DNA from: Leptogorgia sarmentosa
Lineage: Eukaryota
Reading direction: 5' to 3'
Assembly (NCBI GenBank): GCA_964658305.1
Contig: OZ210885.1
Coordinates: forward strand, 22,816,001-22,880,000
Length of the DNA: 64,000 nt
Shown here one piece after another: positions 37,087 to 49,679 of this stretch. Below the pieces are notes generated by a model. The model ran no database searches and was not told the origin of the DNA. It saw only the letters and a program-made list of their open reading frames with translations. The position numbers and the translations under genes were made by a program. The first letter of the stretch is position 1; each line of letters starts with the position of its first letter.

Positions 37087-39032
37087 ATGGCAGGCATTGA
37101 TTTTTCGCTGAGAGAACAAATCAGAGAGATTGCACAAAATACGATCGAAAGCATCAACCGAATTACAAATGTAATAGAAAATCCACCGTCTAGTGTGCCC
37201 CCAATTGAAGGGAATAGTGCGTTGAGTGAGCTGCAAAGGCGATTTCCGACTGTTTCTCAAGGGCGACAAATTCAGAGTGACAGGAATTCTCGTACAGGGC
37301 GTCAAGGGCGACAAAGTCACAGAAGTAGAACAACATCAGCGAGTAGCAGACCGTACCCCACTGTCGAAAATATAAATAGAAGGCGTTCCCGATCCGTTGG
37401 TCGTCCTGCAGCCTCAAATACAGTGACCAAGGATATTGTTGTAGTCGAAATGGGATGCGAAAGAGTACCTACAAAAATTGAGAAAGTTGAATTAGAAAAA
37501 GAAGGAAAGGTCATTTCAGGATTTGATGTGAATCGAACATGGGATGCCACACAACTCCATGACGAATTGGCAAGTTTGCTCTGTAGTGAAACGGAAGAGG
37601 CCTCCTTTGAAATAGTGAAAAATTCTTCAGGTACGTTGTTAAAACCAAACATTCCAAACGGGAAGAAGATAGATGCCAAGCTATTATCGAAGTCGATTGC
37701 CCCTTCTGGTTCTATATATTTACGATTGCTGTATAAAAATGATCCTTTTGCAAGTGACTCCTCCGATGACTGTCTACAAGAAAGTCGTTTTCTGAGTACT
37801 GTCGGCAGCAATACCACCACTTCCCAAACAGCTGTTTCTGCTGATACTCATGCCACCCTTGTAGACTTGACCAATGATGACACTGCCAATTTAACAGAAG
37901 CTGTAAATGTACAAAGTACCCCTGCAGAGATGAGTAGTGTTAATGATAACAGCTTTGTCACACCTCTGGGTGAGTCCCCATCAACGGATACCATGTCACC
38001 ATATCACACTATCAAGCGCAATTTTGATATTCAGATGATCATTGCCAAAGCGAAAAGTTTAAACCTCATTCATCCCACTGAGGTGCTGAAATTTTTACAA
38101 CAAGAAATTGTCACTGGTCGAAATTTGGATCTTGCCAGTGATGAAGAAACAATTGAGGGGGGGGGAAATGCCATCACTATTGACAGAGATAGAGTATTGG
38201 AAACTACATTTGGTGAATTTGAATTTGTTGACGACTTCAGACAAACATTTCGAGTTGATTTTATGGGTGAGGAGTCATGTGATCTTGGAGGTCCCCGTAG
38301 AGAATGGATTTGACTAATGAACCAGGCAATAAAACAAAAATATTTTGACAATGGTTTACGGACATTTCTTGCCAAGGATTATTTCAATGTTGATATTATG
38401 ATTGCATTAGCAATGCTGCAAAATGGTCAAATGCCACTTTTTCTTGAAGAAAACATTTTGCATCAAGTTGTCTCTTCAACAAAAAATTCTGATCCCTGTG
38501 TATTTCAACTCCAAAGAGGCCTTGAGATGCTTGGTATGCTCTCTGCCATCCAACAGTTGCCAATGTTGATGGACTTACTGAGGCCAAATGTTAACGAACA
38601 AATTAGTGTCCCAAAGCTGCTACAAATTCTAAAGCCGAAATTTTCAGTGGAAGGAAGTAATGCCCTGAAAAGAGAAAGGGAACTCTATCACATGTTTGTG
38701 AAATATTCAAGAGAAGCTGCAGGAGGTAGAAGGTTATGTGGACAAAAAAGGCTAGAGCTAAGTGACATATTGCAATTTGTGACAGGAGCTTCAGAAGAGC
38801 CAGTACTTGGGTTTGCCAAGCAACCAGAGATCCACTTCATCATGCCATTGGAAACAGAGACTGGAAACACCAATGAACAAGGAGCTGATAATACTCCATT
38901 CCTATGGCACACACCTGTGCAAATGTATTAGAACTACCAAGGGCAAGTAATGAGTTCCCATTGCCTCCACAGGATAGATTATTTGCTCTATATGACATGG
39001 CATTTTCTCAGTCATATTTTGGTAGAAAGTAG
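37087..39032 (+). pseudogene. HECT-domain E3 ubiquitin ligase-like gene of IS3EU-like element 2
   Basis: ITIDRDRVLETT, VDFMGEESCDLGGPRREW, ILQFVTGASEEPVLGF, and after a frameshift PMAHTCANVLELP..FGRK*; one in-frame TGA at 38311-38313. Confidence 0.85.
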
Positions 39033-39377
39033 AATTTATACAGTGACAGTTTTTGAATTGTTGATATTGAACTGAAAACAATATTTTATTGTTAGCATTT
39101 TTGTGCATTTAGCATGAATATTGGTTTAGAGGTTATTGTGTAATGTAACATTTTTCATTCTGTGTTACTATAATTTCCGAAGTCCCTTCTCTCAAATAAG
39201 ACTCTCTGATATATAAGCTCCCCTCCTTGAAAGAGCCTGAAAAATAACCTTGCTTAAGACCTTAATGGAAAAAATATGGGATGGTATACTTAATGGAAAT
39301 ATTATTATGGTAGATTATTACTGTTGGGTTGTTGTTTCAAACATGTTAAATTACTTAAATACATGGGTTTAAATGTT

Positions 39378-40912
39378 TCATTGTGAACTCAGTGTGCTGG
39401 TAATTGTATTAACAGTTTGGACAAAAATAGTTTTTCCATTATTTCCATCTACAGTAAGTAGATCAGGCAATTGTTCAAGCTGTTCAAGCTGTTCATCCTG
39501 CAATTGAATTATTGGAGGCAAAATACTAACTTGATAGTCTTCCTCTTCAACTCTTAGGACACCATTTGGATCCACACCAAAGTGTTCTGTCTCCACTGGA
39601 GTGAGTGCAGTGTGCCCAGAGTGAATGTTCTCTAGCATCCCTCTTTCCCACATCTGCAAGGGGGATTGGTTGTGCTCTGTTGAAACTGGACGATTATTCA
39701 TTTGTTGAACAAACTCCTGGAGTGATCGATTGATCCGAGCAATATAAACATGATGTAAACTGAAAAGGTGAACGTCATTTAAAACATCCAGGTTACCCTC
39801 ATCTTCTAGCTCCTGAAATATGCGAGCATAAAATGCCAATACTCCTGAGTATATATCACGGTGTGACCTTTCCACTCTGGAGTTATGGACAGATGACCCC
39901 GTAATAATGCTTCCCCTGCCTTCCCCGCAGTGTTCTATCATATATGCAGCAACATTATAGTTGTCCATGCCATAATCACATCGCACCCTTGATGGTAGCC
40001 CCCATTGTTGTACACCTGCCTTCAACAGTGTAAGGATGGTATCTGCTTTATTGTTGTTACAGCATGAAACATATATAAGTAGTCTTGTCTTCCCATCTAT
40101 GCAAACATGAGTAACAAGTTTATACCTCACAAGTTTATGACCACAAAATATTTTCTGCGTTGTATTGCCATTCCCCAACGTAAAGCAGTCCCCACTGGAT
40201 CAACACGACGCAGACATTCTGTCACTCTCCATCTTTGGATACGCAAGCCTCTACTTCTAAGAGCGCCAATAAACCGTCTTCTTCCAATATTAGGGGTTTT
40301 TGGGCCTTCATCCGCACCACCAGTGATACTTGCATGAATTTAATCCAACTCGTCATCAGTAATGTCTGAATACGATTCAAATTCATCACTTAAACCGAAC
40401 TCTCTCCTACGACGTTGGAGTGTGGAAATGCTAACATTCAGAATTCCAGCAATTTTTGTCCATGAAAAATGTAGTGAACGTAGGTGTTCTAATTGATCTC
40501 TTGAAATGTCGAATGGCTTACTGAAAGCCTTGTTGTACGGTACAAACAGGGGCGGCGTAAGCAACGTCCTGATTGATGTGATAATCCAAATCGTGACTTT
40601 CTTCAATCAGGGAAAATACAGTGACTGTAAGCTGCTTAATGGATTCCTGTAAATTTTGTAGTGGTTCTTGCATAGCATATCCCGGTAATCCAGTTGAATT
40701 AGGTATTCCATAAAAGTCAAAGTTCCCGAAACATCCAGCAATCGTCGTCTTACCTCTGTTAAACCAGAATCCTGGGTGAATAAATCCATCGAAAGCGTTG
40801 AATCGTCAGAAAGGAGGAACAGTTGAACAACACCTTTCAAGTTTTGAAGAAACAGTGAAAATCCACGTTCATTTCTTTCGCGAATAACTCGTGTTCCAGC
40901 TCGACCCGACAT
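39378..40912 (-). pseudogene. IS3EU-like DDE transposase of element 2
   Basis: FSWTKIAGILNVSISTLQRRR HTH, HKLVRY..HVCIDGKTR, GLPSRVRCDYG, GRGSIITGSSVHNSRVER; the WHID segment is deleted near 40140. Confidence 0.85.
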
Positions 40913-41209
40913 GTCTTTATCTGGTGTATATCTTCCTACATGACGTTCTTCACTCACTGTAATAATCAAGGCCACTATGCCTCTTGGGATATGCCAAAAT
41001 TAATTCGTACATGTAAAATTAATTACAAGCACCAACATAATTCGAATAATTCGAACACCAATTATATTAATAACAACATATTTGATTTCAATTGCATTAA
41101 AAAATAAAAAATAATTGAGATAATTAACAAAATAATTGTCTTGGGTGAAAAAATAATTCTGTGTTCGTTAAATAAATTATGATAATTTTGACCAGAACGG
41201 GCCTCCATA

Positions 41210-41570
41210 GCCCCCCCCCCCCCCCCTATCCACTGCACCTTCAGAGAGACCAAGATCATCAGTAAACTTTACTGATAACTTCTTGTTTGGAGAGAAAGAC
41301 TTTCTAGCCATTCCTCGAAAAATGCCATCACAAATATTACTGCGGCATATATTGAATTTGGAAATTTTTTCATTATCGATGTTGGCAGATGCAAGCTGTT
41401 CTAAAATATCACCAATATCCATAACAACTTCATCAACCTTTGGACAATTTTCATCAACTTTCTCTTCAATTAGTTCAGTATCTTCATGTGATAGATTTTC
41501 AGCATTAATCTCATGGAACAGAAGAGAAGAATTCAGAAAATCATCACTTTCTTCTGCATCCCGCATCTTG
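41210..41570 (-). pseudogene. Third HECT-like gene fragment (N-lobe start), cut by element 2
   Basis: KFNICRSNI.DG.FRG..RKSFSP..LSVKFTDD.G.SEGAVD.GG. Confidence 0.7.
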
Positions 41571-41657
41571 GTAGACTCTGGAGCGCCACCAACCTATATG
41601 AACAAACTTAGTGATTGGTTGTTCATGATAACAATAAAAGACAACGAATTTTAGAAA

Positions 41658-44600
41658 CAGGCCCGGAGCTGGCTCTGATTGTTTGGGGGGGCACTCCCCA
41701 AACAGAAACGATAAAGTGGGAATGGAATTTTGCCGACCGGGTGGTGCGATCTCGAGGGACTCTCAGTTGTACGTAGGTACTAGGTACTGTACATCACTAC
41801 ATCACAAAAATGTTTGAGCTTCTGCCGAAACAAGGGGACCATATAGATAATGGCAAACTGGGAATAAGTAAAAACAAACTGTTGAAAGTGAACTGTTTAC
41901 AAAAAATACACACGACAATAATAACAATATTGTAATAGCCTCATTTATTGATAATATCAATCAGTTAAATGCAAAACATGCATGACCTGTCAAATTACAA
42001 CGATAATGCTCTTGGTTAATTGTTTAACAACAATATCAATCGGTTTCAACACATCCATCAACATACAAGTTATGAAGTTGTGGTCTTCATTATCTTCCAT
42101 TAGGCTAAGGAGCCCTGTTGTCTGTGCTCGATCTTCATCAGATAACTTCTTATTTTTTGATGCCACCATAAGCGCTTGGATCAAATCGCCATAATTTCTG
42201 TGCACATGGCTGGTACTTTCAAAGTGACCAGACCATCGCGTCTCAATAAGCCGTTTCAATGCAGTGCCGTTATACGATTCTAAAACAGCTGACTTCTTAA
42301 AGTGTTACTGCAACGAATTTTTCGACCTCGTTTTTTTTGCCTTAAATAAATATTCAGGTCGAAAGATGAAATTTGGTGTATAGATGACTTTTGTGCGTTG
42401 AGTGGAAGTAACTAAATTTCGCCTCCAAACTTCGATACCGGATGCGAACAAAACAGCCGCCATTTTGTCACCTTGTGACGTCACAAGTGTAACACGTTTA
42501 GCGAAGCTACTAGTAAATTGTATTGCGTTAGAGCTATACTCTGTGTTTCTCGCACTTTTTTTGACTGGAAAAAAATCTTTTGAAACAAAACTTGACCATA
42601 GGCATTTTAAGACAATATATCGTCAGCTGAGAATTAACAAGGTCTATCTGCATTCTGAGTAGTTGGGAGAAGATCACTTTTAATATAAATTTTAGTATAC
42701 AACTGTGGTTTGAGATTTGGAAAGTTCAGAAGTGATCTTCTCCCAACTACCCAGAATGTAGATACACCTTGTTAATCCTCAGCTGACGATATTTTGCTCA
42801 TGTCGAGTAACGAGTCTGGCGAGGACCCGCAATCGTGTGAAAGTTCAAGTGAAACTGCATGACCCGGTGTCAGATGGCTTGTTTAGTTCATGTCACATCG
42901 CACTGCTTTGCATACGACGACGAACCTATAGGCTATAGCAGAACATTGGGAAACGAGTTGTGTTCCAGTAGATCCAGATGGATTGTTGGCAGCAACTATT
43001 GAACAAAGAAGCGACGGTAGAATAACTCTGGAACAGTGATAAGTGAAGGTTCAAGACTGTTTAGACTTTAGCCTAATTAAAATAGCCGACGTAGGCTAAA
43101 TTTGAATGCATATTTTATTGCTTTTATTTAATATTCATCTGCAATGATATATTGTTAATTTTGATATCAATATATTGATATCACCATAATTATTGATTCC
43201 AAATTGCCGTCTCAATATCTATCAGAACAAGAGTGTGTATGTAAAAGAGCCCAATTTTATAGGCCCTTCCTTTTGGGCTTCCTTGCCTTCTATTTATTAA
43301 ATTTGTAAATACTTAAGCTGTGGCAGAATAAATTGATTTGATTTGATAATGAAAATAGTCATAATTCATAGCAAGTTAATATTTAGCGATTTTGCTAACT
43401 CTAGATTCATTTCATAGCACGATTCACGAATCTTCGAAGTGAAGGCACGAGGTCGCCGTAGTTTCAAAACCCGGGTTATGTTTACAGACAAATTTCACGC
43501 ACTTATTCCGTCTCTGAGCATCTGTTTCTTCATTAGGGAATAGATGCATAGACATTCCTTCAGTTTTGCTATCATTGGCCCAGCTAACTAAGTTAGGACC
43601 ACCAGCAATGCAGCATTTTCCTCCGCGAGTAGCTTTACATCTATTAGAAATATACGCCATGTTGAAAATGTGTTACACTTGTGATGTCACACAGCATTAA
43701 TATGGTGGTCGAAAAGTTCGCACGGAAGTAGCAAAAAATCGCAACTTTCAAAGGCCATAAAATCCGTTTGAAAAGAGCAATTTTAATTCTGTTTGCGGTA
43801 ACCATATTCGGAGACTAAGTACTTTAAAATAAGCCAATAAAAAAGGGGTCGAAAAATTCGTTGCAGTAACACTTTAAAGAACTTGTACAGGGCTGCTGTA
43901 GTATCAAAATATTCCTTTACTTCGTCAAGATTTTGCATGATTTGCTGACAACCAGGTGGATTTTGTGGAGAAAGCAGTGTACATATAACACATTCCGATC
44001 GCAAAAATCGCTAATTAACCTCTGCAAGCCGCCGTAGTCGCCTGACATCACGCTTGCCCCGTCGAAGGATTGTGACACAAGGCCGTCAACTGAAATGTTA
44101 AATTGTACCAAAGTTTCTTTGATGAATTGGAAAATACCTTTAGCTGAGCGATCATCGATTCCCTTGACATTAATACACCGTTCCTTAACATTCTCGTCCG
44201 ACGGTAAATACCGACAAACAATACCTTGAATCTCTTTCCTGTTGTTGTCAGTTGTGCCATCTGCCATGATTGTGAACAGTTCTGCCTTTCGCACGTCTTC
44301 GGCGATTTTAGTCTTCACTAAGAAAGCTAAGACTTCGATGACTTCATTCTGTATGTCATGGGAAGTGTACTTAGCGTTTTTTGGAAGATTCTTGTGAATT
44401 TTCCTCCATTTTTCTTCCAGCGGAAACAGAAGTTGAGAAAAAGCTCTCAAAAACAAGGCATCTCCTGTGTCACTATCGGATTCATCAGAACCATGGAACG
44501 CGAGACCATTCGCACATAAAAATCTTGAAACGTTAAAAACAGCAAATAACTATTGCTTCTGATCATTATTTAATAATACAAAAGATGCTGTTACTGGGCA

Positions 44601-45282
44601 GCCACATGCATTTTGCAATTTCGCTTCTTCGTAAGCCTTTGTTGCTTTCGAATGATCAATCGAGGATTGGTGTTGCTGGAATCCCTTTGCCTTGTCCTTA
44701 GCGTGTTTCCAGTCGCGATAGCCACTTTTAGTAAATACGGTCTCCGTTGGATTAGGCGAATATACTCTACACTGGAAGCAGAAACAAGCGTCCAAATCCG
44801 TGTTGTATTCCAACCACTTATATTTGCGATACCAGTTAGAATTGAAGCGTCGTATTTTACCTCTGAATCTTGTACCTGGGTATGCCTTCAAGTACGGTTG
44901 GCATGGGCCTTCCTTGTTATCAAAAAAATTTGGTTTTCCAGAATGGTCGTGTTGAGGCAGTTGAGATCCATGTATGTTCTCCTGGACTTGCCCACGATCT
45001 TCATGTTGCAAATTCAAACCTGATGGATGGCTTATTACGATGACGGTCGTGCCAGTATCTCGCAGCGCTTCACTCCTTGAATCTCGATGCTCATGATTGG
45101 CGTCGATAGTCGTATTAGTGCTGTCATCATCAATGGATTCACCAGATACCGACATTTCTGATATGCTCTCTTGACTTTCTCCTGACTCTCCTTCATTGTT
45201 GTTTGACTTTTTCCGCTTTTTTGAGAGGTAATCCAATAATGTTTTATTCATTTTTCACGCTGACTGAAACCATCCGGGCCTG
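41658..45282 (-). mobile_element. hAT transposon (ZMYM1-like), 3' half of gene deleted, carrying a Kolobok insertion
   Basis: TIRs CAGGCCCGGA / TCCGGGCCTG, 8-bp TSD TTTAGAAA (41650-41657, 45283-45290); WLEY..CFCFQCR, YTSHDIQNE, IMADGTTD, FDGASVMSG, YVHC..H, ETRW. Confidence 0.9.
42301..43873. mobile_element. Kolobok-type non-autonomous element with THAP-domain remnant
   Basis: TIRs AGTGTTACTGCAACGAATTTTTCGACC, TTAA TSD; removal restores the hAT frame LYKFFKKSAV; minus ORF 43424-43660 has THAP-like CC..C.N..MHLFP..C.HF. Confidence 0.85.
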
Positions 45283-46535
45283 TTTAGAAACCATCCGGGC
45301 CTGTTTGGAAACCATCCTTCTAAAGAAGCACTGATAACTGTTGATTTGTGAAGCCAATCACAGACAATTATTATCCCCGGGCCAACAACACCATTCTAGG
45401 CCCAGGGCGAAGGTGCTAATTCTGCTTGGCTATTTACACTCTTGGCTATTTTATTTGAGAACATAGCAAAGTGCATAGTGGTGCAAAGGTGTCCACTATT
45501 ATGTCATGCCTTTTGCCATTAGGCTCTTGCTAAAAATTTTGTTTTTCAGTTCGCAAATAATATTATGTACTTTGTATGGTGTATATTAGCGATTTTTTTT
45601 TGTTTTAACTGGAAACAAGCATCACTTTTATGAATAAATACCTATCAACCGTGAAACGAAGTTTAAAACCAATAAACACGATTTTGATGAAAACAAAATA
45701 TTTAGCCATTCTTAACCCAAATTATCCAATAAATTAGAATGTTTTTATGCAAGCTGGTATTCACATAAAACTGCGGTGATTATTATTGTTCATTTAGGAT
45801 AATTTAATTGTCCAGCGCATTGATGTGTTTTTGTGTGTGTTTATAATGGTATTTTATCTAGTACAGCAAATAAAAAATTAAAAATTAGATTCTAGCCTAT
45901 AAAGCAAATATATTTTACCTGTGATATGAACTTACACTTGTTCTCGAAGTGAAAATTACACTTGTGTTTGGAAAAAAACATTTATAATAGTATCCTATGC
46001 TAGTCGCACTTGCAGTATAATCTTTCACCAAAGATGTGCTTGATTTTTCATTAATACTTTTTGAACTGTGTAATTTGCTATAGTTTAATATTTTGCAGTA
46101 TTATTTTCACTTTACTACGGCAACTACTACTGTTTTTAATCATCAAATACTTCAAGTAGAATTTCTATACTTCATCTGTTAAGAAAGGTGAGGTATGGCT
46201 GCATGCATATATTTCTAGTTTCAGGTTGGTATTTACCCTAGTCTCTGGATTGTCTGTTTCACTTGGTTTATTGAGAAAGCCAATCTCAGGTAGCATTTCC
46301 TCATCATCAGCACCATAAGCATCATCAACTTCAATAACACAGTCATTTATATTCTAATCACTATTATGATAAAAGATTACAATTTAAATGCGAAATGTTT
46401 AATTCATGGTGTTGCATATAGACAGGTGACAGACTGGGTTACTCACTATTAGCAAATTAAAAAGAAATAAGAAGGAAGTTGCCATATTTCTAATAAATCC
46501 TTAAAATACAGCAATTTCCGGGAAAATCCATTTAA

Positions 46536-47567
46536 AGGTGGGTTACAGTCCCTTCTGCGCATGTGCGCTGAGTTTGTTATGAGTAGGCTACTCATGTTAC
46601 AATCATAACAAGTTCCCAGTCCTACAGAGTAATAACAACATGCGCGGCCGCCTAAACGTTTTCACTGTCGTGGGCTGCAAGGAGCGATTGCTGATTCAGG
46701 CGCGTCAAGTTCCGCAAAAAACCCTTCAAATACTAAGCGTCGTTGCATATCTGACGCTAGAAAGGTATATGACAAGAAAAGAGACGCATCTTTTGAGAGG
46801 TGGAGAGCGTTCAAACAAGAACGCAACCTGAAGACTGACCAGAATGTGGCAGATTTTCTGCTCGATCATTTAATACGCACAGAGAAACGCGTTATGGTGA
46901 GTGTGTTGATAATATAACTAAACCTTCTACCTTTTATGATGATTTTATGCTTTGGGCCTTTGTCTTCACAAGAACAATCAACCCCTATTTGTAATTCATA
47001 TATTTTGCTGAAAAGCTTTAACAAATATTGAATAAGTTTTGGGGTATTCTTACAAATACAAATTGAGATGTAATGACTTGGGGGCGAAACGACTTGGGGC
47101 GAATCGACTTGGGGGCGAAACAACTGGATTCCACACCGAAGACATATAAAATTGTAAAGGGAAGTACATTAAAGCGTAAAATCATCATAAAAGGTCAAAG
47201 GTTTAGTTATATTATCAACACACTCACCATAACGTGTTTCTCTGTGCATATTTATTATCGAGCAGAAATTTGCCACATTCTGGTCAGTCTTCAGGTTGCA
47301 TTCTTGTTTGAACGCTCTCCACCCCCGAAAGCATCGAATAAAAATATCTTAGATGCGTCTCTTGCGCTTAGTATTTGAAGGTTTTTTTGCGGAACTTGAC
47401 GCGCCTGAATCAGCCATCGCTCCTTGCAGCCCACAACAGTGAAAACATTAGGCAGCCGCGCGTGTTGTTATTACTGTGTAGGACTGGGAACTTGTTATGA
47501 TTGTAACATGAGTAGCCTACTCATAACAAACTCAGCGCACATGCGCAGAAGGGACTGCAACCCACCT
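46536..47567. mobile_element. Kolobok-type foldback element with ~400 bp TIRs
   Basis: AGGTGGGTT.CAGTCCCTTCTGCGCATG.. mirrored at the right end; TTAA TSD (46532-46535, 47568-47571). Confidence 0.88.
47074..47132. repeat. Short tandem GACTTGGGGGCGAAAC repeats ending CTGGATTCC; probable terminus of another DNA transposon
   Basis: Three ~15-16 bp units inside the foldback spacer. Confidence 0.5.
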
Positions 47568-48371
47568 TTAAGAAGCTGCCAAAAATCCTGAGCTGTGAGA
47601 ACGGAAAATGTGAAAATTTTCTGGGGGATTCTGCTCAAATCCCCTATTAATTAATTTATTACTTTAATTAAATTTAGGCAAACTCTCCATTTGAGCAGAG
47701 GTACAGGAAGCAATTTGATACTGAGGTGGGGAACATCTTCCTAAGGATTGTTTATCCTGATTCTGTTGTAAGCTTACCTGGTATTTATCGGGATATTTCT
47801 TTCACTGACTTTCTTTTTTTCGGGGCCTTTGCATGATTTGTACCTGCTCTTCGTTGGGGCATATTCAATGAAACGGAACGAGAGGTGGACACATTTCCTT
47901 GAGTATACGGTGCAAAAAGCTGCCGAAATTTATCCCTCGCCCTCACCGGCCTGTTGTTTGTCTGAAGCCTCTGTACTTCTACTTGTTGAAGGCTGTGAGC
48001 TTTGATTTATAAGGCTAGATGCCGCTTGTGACAATAAACGTGCAGCTTCGGCTAAGTCTGATTATTTGTCCATTTAAATAAAAGTTTTTTTCGATAAAAA
48101 TCATGCGAAATCGCCGAAATACGAAGTAAACATTTTCATACGCTCAACATAACGTGTTTAAATGTCAATTTTCACCGACTTCCGGTGCACATGGCCGCGC
48201 TAGTCCCCGACCTCTGGCTAATGAAAAATTGGAGCTGAATAATAAAATAAGCTGAACAAGCAAAATAAGTTGAATAATAAAAATAAGTTGAATAATAAAA
48301 ATAAGTTGAATAATAATACTATGCTGAATAATAAAAAAATCTGAATAATAAAAAAATCTGAATAATAATTT

Positions 48372-48592
48372 TGAGTTTGAATCAATTGAAACCGACCCAC
48401 CAATTGAACTTGCATTTGTTTTTCGCTTGGAAATATGTATACTTTTATACATATTTCACGAATTCAATTTTCATTTTCTCACTAGAGAATGTACTTTTCA
48501 TATAGATTTTTCGAAACGTTGCGCTTTAATTCTCGGCATTGATATTATATCTTTGGGTAGAAAAAGGTTTAATTCAAAAATGAAAAAAACAT
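48372..48592. repeat. ~235 bp repeat unit, also present at 55055-55447
   Basis: Shared GAAACCGACCCACCAATTGAACTTGCATTT..GAGAATGTACTTTTCATATA..CATTGATATTATAT..GGGTAGAAAA; preceded by AATAATAAAAATAAGTTG repeats (48235-48370). Confidence 0.8.
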
Positions 48593-49092
48593 TCACAACC
48601 CTTATAATGATATGCAAAGGAAAAATTAAGGTATAATCTACCATGTATGCATGACTGAGCAACCACACATAGGTGTTACGACTCAGGGAGTATAAATATG
48701 AGAGAAAATCCTCAAATCTGGCTCAGTTTCTTTCCAGCGGATAAGTGAGCAGGACGAACGTCTCTTCATACAGTTTTTTACGACCACGAAAATCATGGCC
48801 GAGCCAGACATCCAGTTTCCTGCTGTTCATGATGAAGTGATTCCGGATGCCCAACTTCGTCACGGGCCCGTGGTCGATCAAGAACCTCCACCTGTTGAAG
48901 AACCGGCCACACTGCCCTCAGTGGCTTCGCAAGACACTCAAAACGACGCAATGGAGGTATATACATATTGATTCTCCTCTTATTTACTGTCCAGGAACAT
49001 CTGCATATTGTGCTGTCATGTACGACCCGATTTCGGCGAGTTTCGCCAGTGGATTCGGATATGTATTCCAACGCTGTAGGCTGCATTCCTTT

Positions 49093-49515
49093 TAATATAT
49101 GGGCGAGAGTTTGCCAGTTGACAATATATGGGCGAGAATTCGCCAGTACAAATGTATGGGCGAGAATTCGCCAGTACAAATATATGGGCGAGAATTCGCC
49201 AGTACAAATATATGGGCAAGAGTTCGCCAGTTGACAATATATGGGCGAGAGTTCGCCAGGTGACAATATATGGGCGAGAGTTCACAGTACAAATGTATGG
49301 GCAAGAGTTCGTCAGTTGACAATATATGGGCGAGAATTCGCCAGTGCAAATATATGGCAGAGAATACGTCAGTACAAATATATGGGTGAGAGTTCGCCAG
49401 TTGGCAATATATGGGTGAGAATTCGCCAGTACAAATATATGGGCGAGAGTTCGCCAGTACAAATATATGGGTGAAAGTTTGCCAGTTGACAATATATGGG
49501 CGTGAGTTCGCCAGA
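49093..49515. repeat. Minisatellite, ~26-28 bp unit ATATATGGGCGAGA(A/G)TTCGCCAGT(ACAA/TGACA)
   Basis: About 15 contiguous copies without unique spacers; unit contains inverted GGCGA..TCGCC. Confidence 0.95.
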
Positions 49516-49679
49516 CACACAATTGGGACGAGAGTTCCATATGAGCGCTTGCCAGGTATAAATTTATACGGGTGACAGCTCGTTCATTATGCTAGTATAC
49601 TTGCTTTGCATATATCTTTACACAGGGGACAAATGTTTGTTGCCAATAGTTTGGTCTTCTAGTGTTCAGATAATGGCAT

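Larger units (their letters stand above)
36798..41209. mobile_element. IS3EU-like DNA transposon 2 (HECT gene + convergent transposase) with long imperfect TIRs
   Basis: GGCCCGTTCTGGTCAAAATTATC.TAATTTATTTAACG.ACACAGAATTATTT at 36798 is inverted at 41150-41203; right end ..GGGCCTCCATA; similarity extends roughly 200 bp. Confidence 0.88.

Noticed and set aside
37039..39032. Host G2E3-like ubiquitin ligase gene
   Set aside because: Intronless, disrupted and enclosed by TIRs with a transposase; treated as TE cargo, so no gene symbol given
49093..49515. CRISPR-like array of ~27-bp partly palindromic repeats
   Set aside because: Units are contiguous with no unique spacers, no cas genes are present and the context is eukaryotic; it is a minisatellite
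48793..49540. Several overlapping ORFs of 60-170 aa
   Set aside because: They arise from the stop-poor tandem repeat and give repetitive peptides in all frames
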